DNA of 64,000 nt from Phyllosticta citribraziliensis. Its lineage: Eukaryota. Under the pieces are notes generated by a model. It saw only the letters and a program-made list of their open reading frames with translations, was not told where the DNA came from and did not search any database. The stretch lies in the NCBI RefSeq assembly GCF_038025025.1, contig NW_027117343.1, forward strand, positions 372,001-436,000. Direction: 5' to 3'. Each line of letters opens with the position of its first letter. Positions within the stretch are counted from its first letter, which is position 1. Positions 24,324-36,734 of this stretch are shown piece by piece. The position numbers and the translations under genes are program-made.

Positions 24324-25909
24324 TCAAAAGTCCTTGAATGCATCATCGTACTTGGCCGCCATCTCTGGCGTGTACGGCGCTCGACCTTCAGGCTCCGGGT
24401 CGTACTCGTCAAAGTTCCTCGTGTCGGCCGGCCCTCTCAAATGCGGAATTATCGGTCCTCGCAATCTGCGGTGATATAGCGCGTCCCAGTCCATGTGTCG
24501 AAACCACGGATGGGCCTTGACGGCCGCCGCGCCGCCCTTGATGTTACCCAACCGTTTCGAAGTATCAACCGTGCAAAGCTTCCCAATGAGGTCGCGCGCA
24601 TCTGGCGACATTGCACTGGGGTATCGCACTTTTCCTTCGACAATTCTACGTCCATGTCAAAACATGCCGCACACAGAGCCCAGGATACTTACTGCTCGTA
24701 TATTCTCATCGGATTCTGGTCCCAAAACGGCGGCTGGCCCACCAGAAACTCGTAGACGAGAATGCCAAACGCCCACCAGTCGACTGCGCAGCCATGGCCT
24801 GGCACGTGTCAACTTGCAATCCTACGCATCCAGGGTTTGACGTACCAGTATTTCGAATCACTTCTGGCGCCAGATACTCTGGGGTGCCGCACAGGGTGTA
24901 CGTCTCTCCTGCAATAATGTGTGAGCGATCCGTGCATCCATGCATTATTCAAAAGGGACGGCCCGCCAAACACCAAGACTTACTGTTCTCAACCTTCTTG
25001 GCGAAACCAAAGTCGACCAGCTTCAAGTGACCTTGGGCGTCGATCAAGATGTTTTCTGGCTTGAGGTCCCGATAGGCAACTCCCTCCCGTTCGTGCAGGT
25101 ATTCCAGGATCAGGACGATTTCAGCAGCATAAAACTGGGATGTCGGCTCGTTGAATCGCCGTGCTCTGCGCAGATAACTAAAGACTTCACCGCCAGGGCA
25201 GTAGTCGAGCTGTGCGCAGTCAGATCAGCAACCTTGCAAACAATGACGTCGCCGCCGCGACACGAGAGAGAAACTGACGAGCATGTATAGGGAATCGTGG
25301 TCTTGGAAACTGGCAATCATGGTCGTGATGAATGGATGGCCGGCGACGGCGGCCAGGACGTTGCGCTCGTTGCGCACATGCTCGACCTGCTTGAGCCGCA
25401 CAACTATCTCGAATCAGCCAAAGCATTGACGCGGGAAGCGCAAGCATTGTTACCGTCCACTTTTCGCAGGATCTTGAGAGCAAAGACCTTGTCTTCGTCT
25501 CCCGGGCGAGGATTTGCTAGGCGCGCCAGCCACACTCGTGCAAAAGTTCCTATGAAACGCACGATGCTTAGCTTGCAATCCTTCCAGTAGCCGCCGCACC
25601 TTGTACGCATCAGCCGAGGGGAAGTGTCGTCGTACCGGTGCCCAAAGTCTTGAGCAGGTCAAAGTCTTCGCAGCGCAAATGGCGCGATGAGTGACCGACA
25701 CGCTTCTTGGCCGGGTCTGTGGCGACGGCATCGGGATCCAGAGGAGTCTTTTCGGCCTGCCAATCGGCAATGATGCGCTTTTCCTGCTGGCGCATCTGGG
25801 TATCGTCGGGGGAGCGCGAAGAGTGATCGCTGCCGTTTTGTTGGTTGTGGTTGTTGCGCAGGCCATGTGGGACGAGATGATGCATTGCAGACGACGCAGC
25901 AGCGGCCAT
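24324..25909 (-). CDS. pkaB: cAMP-dependent protein kinase catalytic subunit, secondary (PkaB/PRKX-like) isoform
   Basis: [66 protein letters not shown] and a C-terminal FKDF hydrophobic motif. Short N-terminus. The symbol rests on motif resemblance. Confidence 0.9.
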
Positions 25910-27068
25910 GGCCCCGGCGCAGGGTAGATGAGGTGGAGGGCGAGGGCGAGGAGGAGGAAGAGGAAGAAAGTGGGCGATGTTGACGGGATCGTTGCGCGGA
26001 GAAGAGGTGACCGGTGGGACGCAAGAAATCAGAACATGGCGGGGATCATGAGCGAGCGGCGCGAGAAGAGATAGCCGGTGGCAGAGGAGCGGTGGGCGGC
26101 GAGCAGGGAGGACGTCTGGGGCACAGCGACGGAGGACGAGGAGAGGCGAGAGGAATAAAAGGCGGAGTAACAGCTGGAGGATAAGCCGCAGAAATGGGCC
26201 AAGGTAGAGAAAGCTTCGCCTGTCGAAGCCGGAGCAGGTGTTTTGATGGGCGTAGTCAGCACTGGCACTGACGGGACTTTGGCTTTGGGCAACGGTGCGG
26301 TGCGCTGCGGGAATGACGACTGATCGAGCCTTCAGGCTCCGGCAACCCAGCCAGGCAGCTCATCACGGAACGGCTTGGCCTCGCCAAAACAAACCCTCGG
26401 CCTTTTCAGATCTCTTGGTCGCCATCGCCATGCCATCGCTTCTTCGCATCGATGCCCTCCCATCAGCCTTGCTGACTACATACATTCATGTACGATAGAC
26501 CTCTGAGCTGCCGTGCAGTGCTCGAGCTGCGCATGACCTCCGGCACGACCACGACCCCCACCGCCCGCCTGCCGCACCGTACAGCCCAGCCTCCCACCTC
26601 CAGCCCGCTGTAGGGGGCCCGACCACGGCCATGCCAGCTCGCATTGCGTACCGATTGGGATGCCATCGGTGGGATACCGCCGTAGCATCTGACGTGCCAC
26701 TACCTGCTTCATCCATCAGGCTCACAGCCAGGTCGCTTCACGGCCATCAGGTCTTGCCGCATATGACGCACGTGCGGCTTCTCTCGGCCTCCATCTGAAT
26801 GATGCCTGCATACAGCTCCCTCCTCCTCCCCAGCTTCCGGTTCGCTGGGACCCCGTGTATATATACATGCGCAGAGCTGCTGGTTGAGAGCTCGTCGAGG
26901 GACCAATCATTGAAAACTCCGAATACGCCCTCTGAACCTTTCCTCGACGCTGGCCCGCCTGATCGACATCCCCAGAAGAATTCTTTTGCTTGTCGTACTG
27001 TACATGATGATCATCGGTTGTCTCCTTTGACTCGTTCCATGACGTCTTTGGTCGACGCTTGTCTGTTT

Positions 27069-27867
27069 TTAGCCACGGCTATGGGTGTTGAGGATGAGGC
27101 CGACAATCAGGCTGCAAAACGTGTCAGTAACCTCTCGCAGACCGGCCGTCCAACACTTACCCGTACAAACCCAAAACTTCACCAAAGATCAAAATCAGAA
27201 CCATGCCAACAAAGATGCGCGACTGCTGCATGTACGAGCGAACACCCTGGATGTGTCAGTTTTGACCCCGACACGAATGATGCAATCGTACCATGTCTCC
27301 AACTTTGCCAATCGCATAACCGGCCGCACAGCCAGTCAAGCCCACCGAAAGGCCACACGCCAGATGCATGAAGCCACTGAACAAGCTGTAGTTTTGCCCT
27401 GGCGGAGGGCCCATATCTCCGGCGATGAGGACGGCAATGACGAGGGCGTAGACGGCAATGATACCAGACATGACGACGGGAATCAGCGACTGTTTGGCTG
27501 TCAGCTTCGTGTCTGTTGGGATGCCAATCCAAGCTTGCCTTCATGATCAGGTCTGGCCTAAAGGTTCCCACGCCGGAAATTCCAATGCCCGACTTGGCCG
27601 TGCCATATGCTGCGCCAATACCTGTCGAATCATCAGTTGGGCGTCGAAACGGGATGGTGGTAGCGACGGAGCGTACATCCAAAAATCATCTTCGCGCAGC
27701 ATTAGCAAACGTGGACGAAAGAACGGGAGAGGTAGCTTACCGCAAAGGCGATACCGCCCTGCAGCGCAAAAGCGTCAGTTAGCACGACCATGGCATCATG
27801 GATGACGGGTGCAGAGACGAACCATGCCAAAGAAGGGAGCGAACTTGGGGGTGAGGTCGGACTCCAT
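27069..27867 (-). CDS. VMA11: V-type ATPase proteolipid subunit c' (6 exons)
   Basis: [67 protein letters not shown]...[28 protein letters not shown], with the conserved Glu in TM4. Confidence 0.93.
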
Positions 27868-28790
27868 GGCGGCGATGAGGGTGGACGACGAAGATGCGAT
27901 GGAGTGGATGCGCGCGAGGCAAGGTGGATGGGTAGATGGCGAGTTGGAGCTAGCTCGGAGGGTAGGGTAGGGTAGCGCTGGTGTGGTGGAGGCGGTTGGT
28001 TGGTTGGAGGTGGTGCTTGGGTGCTTGGTGCTTGGGTGCTTGGGCGGCCCGGTTCTGGACCTGTAAGAGGACGACGGAGAGCGAGCGGCATCTCGGCCTC
28101 GCATGGATGAAGAGAGACAGACGGTAAAGGGCGACAAGCAGACTCGACCGGCTCACTCTGCTCTACTCGACGGCAGCAAACTCGTCTGCACACGCACCGC
28201 TGGAACGAATAACTCTCGTTCAAGCCTCTGCATCCGACTCCCCCTCTTCCTCGTCTCCCACGCACGTCGCGCCGGCCTTGCCCCTGCCCTTGGCCGTGAC
28301 CGTGACCGTGACCCCAGTCCGTACCGCGACGCACAATACCGCCGCTCCCAACTCGTCCACCTCCTCGTCCTATCCTCGACCTCTCCTCGTCATCTCTCCT
28401 TTGCCAGCTCCCAGGTGCGCAATCCTATCCATCCGCCTCCCGCCCACCTGGCTCCTCTTCTCCCATCCCTCAGGTCGTCGCCTCTCCCTCCCGCCGAGCC
28501 CGACCAACTCGTTGCCGACCTCCCTCCGAGCGCGGCTCACGACCCTCTATCCCTCTCCCACGCCGGCGCGCGAGCTCCATCCCTCCGCTTGTCGCGCTTC
28601 CTGTCCATCCATACAGGGGCTTCGTCTTGATTGCGGCCTCGCCGGCCCTGCCGCCCATCCTCTGCCTCCCGGCCAGGGCTGCGACGACCCCATCCCCGCC
28701 TCCCTCTTCCTCTCCCCACGCCCCTTGGTTCGTCCTGAGGTGGCGCCTACGGGGCAGCTCCTCACAGATCGCCGTGTTGGCTAGATCCAC

Positions 28791-31700
28791 ATGGCAGACT
28801 ACGGCGCCCAGCAGGGGAGGGATTACGGTCGCCAACCCAACTACGGCCACACGTCGGATCACCAGCGAGATGCCGCCTTCTCCAACATTTTCGGGACTGC
28901 TCCACCCGGCAGGTCTCAGACAATGACCTCGCAGTCCTTCCAGCGCCCCGCCGACCGCGCTGCCACCATGTCATCCCAGGTCTCCGACGTGATGAACCGC
29001 ATGGGCCCCATGAGGCCGGCCCAGGCCAACGGCTACCACCCTCCCCGAAGGCCCGTCGAAGGTGCTCCCGTGCCTGGTCCACGCCATCCCCAGAACAACT
29101 ATCTTCCACAGCCCCTGCGACCGGACCGTCCGCCATACAACATGCCCCAACGCATGGATCCGAGAGCCCCGCCTCCGAATGGGTCCTACGGCAACAAGCC
29201 CGTCCCTCAGCGCTTTCCCAGCGGTCCTCCTGGCCCTGCCCTCAATTCCGATCCCTTTCGCTCGCAGTCCCTGGCCGCCGGCCCTCGTCCGCAAATGTAC
29301 AACCCACCAAGCAGTGGATACGTCAATCCTGCGCATACGTTTCGCCAACAGCCTTATATGAACAACGGAGCCGGCGCCCGTACCACGGCGCAGGGTAGGG
29401 TGGTTCCAGAAAGGGTCGACGAGCGCGCAATGTCCCTGACTTCGTTTGCTCGTGACCACGAGTACACTACGACCATGAGTGGTCGAGTCATTCCCAACAG
29501 GAGGAAAGAGCCCAGCGAGGCCAACGGTTCCCACCCCCCGGGCGTCCACATACCCACACCTTCTGCCGGTGCTCCACATTCGGCTCAGTACGCTGCCAGT
29601 CCTGGCAACAAGACGAGGAGCCCCAGCCAAGGCAGCTTCAGCACTCAGCGGACCATGTCAATGGCTTCGACAGTTTGCCCGCCCTCCGAAGCTGGCGAGC
29701 TCCGGCCGTCGACCTCACAAAAGTCAAAGCAAGCGTTGGCGACGGCGCGCGAGCGCCCTCTCGTATATCCTGCTCTGCTCTCCCGGGTCGCAGAAGTATT
29801 TCGAGACCGGATGATTCCGGGCGAAAAAGAAAAGGACGGCCTGGTCTACAAGAGCGCCTTTACGGGAGCGGAAGCGGTAGAGCTCATTGCTTACATCATC
29901 AGGACTTCGGACAGGAACCTCGCGCTCCTCTTGGGCCGGTCTCTGGATGCGCAAAAGTTCTTCCACGAAGTTACCTATGCCCACAGGTTACGAGACTCGC
30001 CTGCCGAGGTCTATCAGTTCCGCGAGACACTTTTGGAAGACTCGACCGAAGTCAACGGTGTTTTCACGCTCCTGACGGAATGTTACTCGCCGACATGCAC
30101 GCGCGACAAGCTGTGCTACTCCATTGCCTGCCCGAGAAGGTTGGAGCAGCAGGCGCGGCTGAACATGAAGCCAAACCCTGGTCTCAAGAGGGAGGAATCC
30201 AAGTCCAGTCTGCACGAAGACGACAACGACGAGGAAAAGAAGCTCTGGATCATGACCGTCTCCAAGGAAGTGGCCGACAGCATCTCGGAAAAGGAAAAGA
30301 AGCGACAAGAAGTCATTTCCGAACTCATGTACACGGAGCGCGACTTTGTCAAGGATTTGGAATACCTCCGCGATTTTTGGATGAAGCCTCTGCGCAATCC
30401 TGCCACCTCGCCCATTCCCGAGCACCGGCGCGAAAAGTTCATTCGTACAGTCTTTTCAAACTGCCAGGACGTCTACAAAGTCAACGCGCGCATGGCAGAG
30501 TCCCTCACTCGCAGACAGCAGATCGAGCCCGTCGTCAAGAACGTTGGAGACATTTTCCTCGAGTTCGTGCCCATGTTTGGGCCGTTTATCAAATATGGTG
30601 CAAATCAGCTCTTCGGCAAGTATGAATTCGAGCACGAGAAGAGGACAAACCCGGCATTTGCGAGATTCGTCGATGAGGTAGAGAGAATGAAGGAGTCGCG
30701 CAAGCTCGAGTTGAACGGTTACCTGACCAAGCCGACCACGAGATTGGCTCGTTATCCCCTGCTTCTAGAAAACATCTACAAGTACACCGCCGAGGACAAT
30801 CCGGATTTCAAGGATATCCCCAAGGCCACCACCCTGATTCGGGAGTTCTTGTCCAAGGTCAATGTGGAGTCCGGAAAGGCTGAAAATCACTTTAATCTGG
30901 TGCAGCTCAATAGGGACCTCAAATTCCGGCCGGGCGAATACGTCGATCTCAAACTGACCGAGGAGAACCGCCAACTGGTATTCAAGGGTGCGCTGAAAAA
31001 GAGTCCTACAGAAAACACGAGCGATATCCAGGCCTACCTGTTCGACCACGCGGTGCTGCTAGTCCGGATCAAGACGGTCAACAAAAAGGAAGAGATGAAG
31101 GTTTACAAGAAGCCGATTCCGTTGGAGCTGCTGGTCATTACCCAGATGGATGAGATTCTCCCAAAACAAGGTATTGCCAAAAGGCCCTCCTCCAGCTTGA
31201 TCCCCGGAGCCAACAAGACCTCTTTAAACACAGGTGCCAAGACCGAAAGCCAGAAACAAGCCGGATACCCCATCACGTTCAAACACCTGGGCAAGGGCGG
31301 CTACGAACTGACGCTCTACGCGTCGACCCAAATCTCCCAGGAAAAGTGGATGAAGCACATCCAGACCCAGCAAAAGACGCTCCGGGACCGCAGCAACATT
31401 TTCACCAAGGAGATTGTTTGCGAAGGCTTCTTCAACCAGTCCATCCGAGTCAATTGCTGCGTGCCGCTTGGTAAGTGTGGGCTGGGAAGTTTGTTGATGG
31501 TGATGCTAATTTGAAAAGACGGTGGCAGGAAATTGGCATACGGCACCGACTTTGGTGTCTACGTTGCTGACCGCAGGCCCAAGGATGCATCAGTCAAGCC
31601 TCGGCGTGTTCTTGACTGCAAGGCTGTCACTCAGATTGACGTGCTGGAGCAACATCAGATCCTGCTCGTCCTCTCTGATAAGACCATGTACTCGTATCCC

Positions 31701-32644
31701 CTCGAGGCTCTCGACCCAGAAGAAGGCCAAAACGCCGGTGCCAAGAGAGGCAGGAAGATTTGCCACGCCAACTTCTTCAAGGCTGGTGTCTGCGTCGGCC
31801 AACACTTGGTGTGTTGTGTCAAGACGTCAGCGCTTTCGACGACCATCAAGGTTTACGAACCCATGGAGAACATGGCCAAAAAGTCCAAGAAGTCTGGCTT
31901 CACCAGGATGCTTGCCGGCGGTCAAGATGTGCTCAAGCCCTACAAGGTATGTCGGCCGGTTTTAAGCCTCGGCAAGCCACTAATGTCGTTAGGAATTCTA
32001 CATTCCCACCGAATCTACCTCGATCCATTTCCTCCGCTCCAAGCTTTGTGTTGGCTGCGCCAAGGGTTTCGAGGTCGTCTCCCTCGAGACGCTCGAGACC
32101 CAATCTTTGCTCGACCAGGCCGATACTTCGCTCGACTTTGTGGCTCGTCGCGAAAACATCAAGCCGATCCACATCGAGCGTCTCCAGTCCGAATTCTTGC
32201 TCTGCTACACAGACTTTTCGTTCTTTGTCAACCGAAACGGCTGGCGAGCTCGTCCGGACTGGAAGATTACCTGGGAAGGCACGCCGCAGTCATTCGCCAT
32301 ATTCAACCCCTACATTCTCGCATTTGAGCCGAGCTTCATTGAGATTCGACACATGGAGACGGGCATGCTCGTGCACATCCTTACAGCTAAGAACATTCGG
32401 ATGCTGCATTCGTCGACGAGAGAGGTAAGTCTTTATTTGAATCCACATTTGCCTGCTCTAACACCTTCAGATTCTCTATGCGTACGAGGACGAGATGGGC
32501 GAGGATACGATTGCATCACTCGACTTTTGGAGTCGGCCGCAGAGTCCGCAACAACCCAAGCAGCTGCCCCCTGCACCCTCGGCGGCGGCGGCAGCAGTGC
32601 ACTCCCCCCCTCCGCAGATTCCTGCTCAGAGTTTCTCGCCGTAA
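28791..32644 (+). CDS. ROM2: Rho1 guanine nucleotide exchange factor (DEP, DH, PH, CNH domains)
   Basis: 907-aa first exon with DEP (AFTGAEAVELI), DH (KRQEVISELMYTERDFV, LTKPTTRLARYPLLL) and PH regions. CNH exons follow after introns near 31471, 31947 and 32424. Ends SLDFW...QSFSP*. Confidence 0.96.
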
Positions 32645-34369
32645 AAAGTGGAAAAAGAAGCCGTGCTTGCATTCACACCTTCTCGTCACACGCAAACAAC
32701 ACCTTTTTTTCCTTTTTTACGGTCTTGAAAATACCCTGCTTGTCTTGGCATCTGGTGCACTCTCGTCGTTGTTGCACTTCGGGGGAGCCTCTCTGCTTGG
32801 TTGTTGTACGACGTCTCCTCCAAAACCCCTCCCACCTTCTTCTTCTTCTTCTCGTCGTCTCTCTGAAGTTTCCTGTACCGTTCGTCCAGAACCAAAGCTC
32901 GTTGATAGATAATCTGGAAAGCAAGCGCCTGTTTGTCGGGTTTCGCCCCACTTTTTTCTCTCTTCCTCTCTCTCCCCCTCCCTTGTCTTGAGCGTCCTCT
33001 GCGTCCGTCATCATCTTCCGTCGTCGTCTGTGCTTTTCTCTCTCCCGTCCCTCTCCCCTTTTTTGTCGAGACTTGTACTCCCTCCGTACCATACCTCCGA
33101 CCAACAACTTACTCCTCTGCCAGCCAGCCAGCCAAGCCCGCCAGTCAGTCAGTCTGTCAGTCCAAATTCCAAAATCTTGATTGAGAGCGCTTTTCCGATT
33201 GTACTGTTTTGTGTCGACTGCGCGTCTCTTTGGCGTAGTCATGTCAGTGAACGTGCCAAACGCGACAGGCTGACCTACCCTACGTTCCCGTCTTCTCAGT
33301 GGCGCCTGCGCTTGCAAGTAGTCTTGCAGCTCTTCGCGATTGTGAGTAGTTTCGGGCACGCTGGGCTGCCTATCTTGCCTCCGCCGTCTCCGCGGTGCAA
33401 CGGTCGCTCTGCTTGCCGATGGGTCTGCACAGGCAGCTCAGCCCAGCCCAGCCCCCAAAGCTGTTCCAACACCCAACCTCCTCTTCTCGATTAGACACGG
33501 CCACATGCGATGCCCCGCGTCTATTTGTCACGTACTTATTTTTGCTCTTCTGCGCCAAAGGAGTGGGAGACGTGGGCGCTGAATGTAACGATATACTGCA
33601 CGCACGTTGATCGCTCTGTGGAGCTAGGTTGAGCGCTGCTGCGGGGTGAGAATGAGAGTGGGAAAGCACGGGTGGTAGGTCAGGTCGAATGTTCGCATGT
33701 TGCGATGCGGCGATGCAGCGTAGCTGAGTTTTGTATATACGGTACCAGACGGCTGGCTAGTAGGGGAAGGGCGAAATAAGAGGGGGGGGGGTGGGGGGGG
33801 AAGCGCTGAGGGAATCAGGGTTGATTGGGTTTTCGATCGTTTGTTGGAGATTGGAGCGACTGTTGCGGGGTTGACAATGAATTGAGCCCTTGGCCATGTG
33901 TGGAAAGAAAGGTTTGTTGATTATTTATCTAGGCACATAAGGTAGGCTGTTTAGGTGTATAGGGAGTCAAGCATGTGCTCGGATGTGCTCGGCGACCGAC
34001 CTCCAGCTGCACACATGTATGTAATCTCTGCCGTCAGATTCCTGGCGCAAGTTTGATCAACGGATTCAACGCATCTGCATCTTACGTGGTTTCTGCCGGA
34101 GCAAGTGAAAATGGGAAAACAGAGAGTTCTTTCGATGAGAAGAGTTGGATGTGTAGGTCGCAGACGGATGGACGGACGGGCGGGCGAACGACTCGGGGGA
34201 TACTTTTTCGCTCCGCGTGCCCACGGCTAGCATCCATGACGTCCTCCGCAAAGACCACCATTCATCCAGTCCATCGCACATCAACTCAACTCATCCACTG
34301 CGCCACCACCACAAACCCACTTCCACAACCCACAATTGCTTGCTTCCAATCCCCCGCCAAACCCAGCTC

Positions 34370-35367
34370 ATGGCCGCACCCCCATCCCCCTCCTCTTCCT
34401 CTCCAAACCCCCCATCACCATCACCATCCCGCCTGCTCGCCCTCCCCGCCGAGCTGCGTCTACGCATCTACGCCGAAGCGCTGACGGCGCGCGACGCGAC
34501 GATACGGCTGTATTTCTCCTTGCAGCGCGAGCAGCGCACGCAGCCCGGGTTGGGGCTGGGCTTGCTGCGCACGTGTCGGCAGGTGCGGCGGGAGTGTGGG
34601 GATTTGGTGTTTAGGGAGAATGAGGTGTGTGTTTATGCTGATGTAGGTGGTTTTTGTTTAGTTATGTGTCGTCAGGGGAAAGGGGCTGAAGGGGTGCTGT
34701 TTGCTTCCATTTCTCTTCCTTGCGTGTTTTTTTGTTGCTGGTGCTTTGTGCATATACCGAGTTGAGTTGAGTCGATTCGAGTCGAATCGATCGAGTGTGG
34801 CACACAACAAACCTACATAGCAGAGCGCGCAGCAGCAGCAGCAGCTGACACCACGCACAGTGCTTCAAACCCGACGCCGCGCCCCTAATCGGGCACAGCC
34901 AACTACCACCGCACAGCCTACGCAACCTGCGCACGCTCTTCCTCCTCCTCGACGCCACCACCGCGCTCGACTCGTCCCTCGAGCCCGTCCCCTCGCCCTC
35001 CTCCCTCTCCAACTTCTCTCCGCTCTCCGCCACGCCCTCGCTGCAGCGCCTGCGCGTCGCCGTCGTCGTGCGCCGCCGCTTCGTGCAGGGCACGCAGTGG
35101 TGGAAGGCGCTGCTGGCGCGCGTGGTCGAGCGCGTGCCGCCGCGTTGCTCGCTGCAGTGGGGCGTCGAGGAGGGGAATGCCGCGCAGAGGACGTATGTGG
35201 ATGCGTTTTTGAAGACGCCTGGCGGGGCGGCGCTGTCGGGCGTTGTGCTGGAGGAGGTGCCGAGGGAGGTGTTGATGCGTGCGGCGGCGTATGCGGAGGT
35301 GGAGCAGGGCGCGCTGTGTGGGAAGGAGGGCGTTGGGTGGGATGAAGCTGTAACGACCGTGTTTTGA
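34370..35367 (+). CDS. F-box-like hypothetical protein (2 exons)
   Basis: N-terminal SRLLALPAELRLRIYAEAL and LLRTCRQVRREC motifs, typical of fungal F-box-like proteins. Intron about 34643-34860 (GTAGGT..CTGAC..CAG) restores a continuous frame. Confidence 0.75.
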
Positions 35368-35537
35368 GCCTTGGTGGCGCTCGAGCTCAATTGCAAAATA
35401 TCTGACGAGGCTGTAAGCGAGCACGCATCTGTGGGCAAAAGATGCGGCTATTTGTTTCTTGGGGTGGAAGTCACTTGATGCGAGCCGATCAGCTGTGAAG
35501 CCAAATTTATTGATCATCCACAACTCAGGCAACTGAG

Positions 35538-35832
35538 CACGGTGGTCGTCAACGCAACGCAACGCAACGTCGGCTCAGATTGCGTTGGGTTGACGGCGTC
35601 AATGATGAGGAGTATATTATGTTAACAACGGGCAGTCTATATTGGGTTGAATTGAATTGGGTTGACAAATATTGAGCACTACTTAGTACTAAGACTGCCT
35701 ATGACTAATTTTTTTTTTAAAGCTACCTACCTGCTACTTAGTAGGGAGTAGTAAAAGTAGTAGTAGTAGTAGTAGTGGTACTAGTAGTGGTAGTAGTAGT
35801 AGTAAGTAGGTCCTAGGTACTAGGGAAACCCT

Positions 35833-35876
<44 letters not shown>

Positions 35877-36025
35877 ATCAACGATCGTCAACCCAATTCA
35901 ACGCAACGAGGGTACCACATTGCGTTGCGTTGACAAACCAGGAGGCGCCGTTGCGTTGCGTTGACGTTGACGTTGTCAACGTCCGTTGTCAATCGTTAAC
36001 GAATATTGAATTGACGACCACCCTG
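35538..36025. mobile_element. Non-autonomous hAT-type DNA transposon (MITE-like), 488 bp
   Basis: 15-bp TIRs CACGGTGGTCGTCAA (35538-35552) and TTGACGACCACCCTG (36011-36025), 14/15 match. Perfect 8-bp TSD CAACTGAG at 35530-35537 and 36026-36033. Subterminal CAACG/CGTTG arrays. No ORF. Confidence 0.9.
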
Positions 36026-36040
36026 CAACTGAGTGACTGC

Positions 36041-36157
36041 TTGATGAACCTTGATGACCCGCCTTGGTTTGTACCTGCCTGGATAAACCACCTCGATGAA
36101 CCACCTTGATGACCCTCTTTGATGAACCACCTCATGAACCACCCTGATGATCCGCCA
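36041..36157. repeat. Degenerate minisatellite, unit about 13 bp (TTGATGAACCACC)
   Basis: About nine imperfect copies, e.g. ttgatgaacc, ttgatgacccgcc, tcgatgaaccacc, ttgatgaaccacc, ctgatgatccgcc. Confidence 0.75.
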
Positions 36158-36277
36158 TGGCGATCAAATCCCCTCCCGATGTGTAGCGTCCAAGACGCAA
36201 AGCCCAGCCAGAGACCAACCCTCGAAACACTCCAATCCAACGCTGGCTCGCCGCGCCGATGATCAGATCAGATCAGA

Positions 36278-36734
36278 TCACTTTGAGACTTCGGCCGGCT
36301 CGTCGGTCTGCATCATCTCAAGATCGCCGTGCGTCTCCTCCGGCTCCGCCGTCTTGCGAGCTTTGTCGACGGCATGGCCCACGTTCTTCCATCCATCGAG
36401 TTCGCTCTTCATCTCCGAGCGTGACTTCTTAAGCTTCTCGATCTCCGAAGCTTTGTCATCATTTGCTTGGATGAGAATCCTGACCAGTCTTTCATTCTAC
36501 GCATTGCGTTGGATGGAACTCGTGGGGTGCGGAAGACGTGCTTCAGCTCTCAGGCGCGTGATCTCCGCAAGAAGTCCCTTCGTTGTAGCCCGATCGGCGC
36601 GTGGTGGCGTTGGTTGCTTGGGCTTAGATCGGGTTAGAGATGGGGAGGACTTGCACAACAGCAGCTTAGTTCGCACTTACGGGGCCAGAGTCCTCGTCGT
36701 CACTAAGGTCGTAGCTAACCAGAGAGCGGCGCAT
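36278..36734 (-). CDS. Small coiled-coil orphan protein (3 exons; absent from ORF track)
   Basis: MRRSLVSYDLSDDEDSGP|PKQPTPPRADRATTKGLLAEITRLRAE|NERLVRILIQANDDKASEIEKLKKSRSEMKSELDGWKNVGHAVDKARK...SK*. Intron 1 is 36680-36623 (GTAAGT..CTAAC..AAG). Intron 2 is 36541-36497 and needs a GC donor. Confidence 0.6.

Noticed and set aside
25551..25634. Internal CTGAT..AAG|GTGCGG in pkaB intron 1, suggesting recursive or twin splicing
   Set aside because: The first sub-intron would be only about 36 nt, shorter than other introns here; a single intron explains the frame.
35540..36160. CRISPR-like repeat appearance
   Set aside because: Eukaryotic context and no repeat-spacer periodicity; explained by transposon subterminal repeats and a minisatellite.
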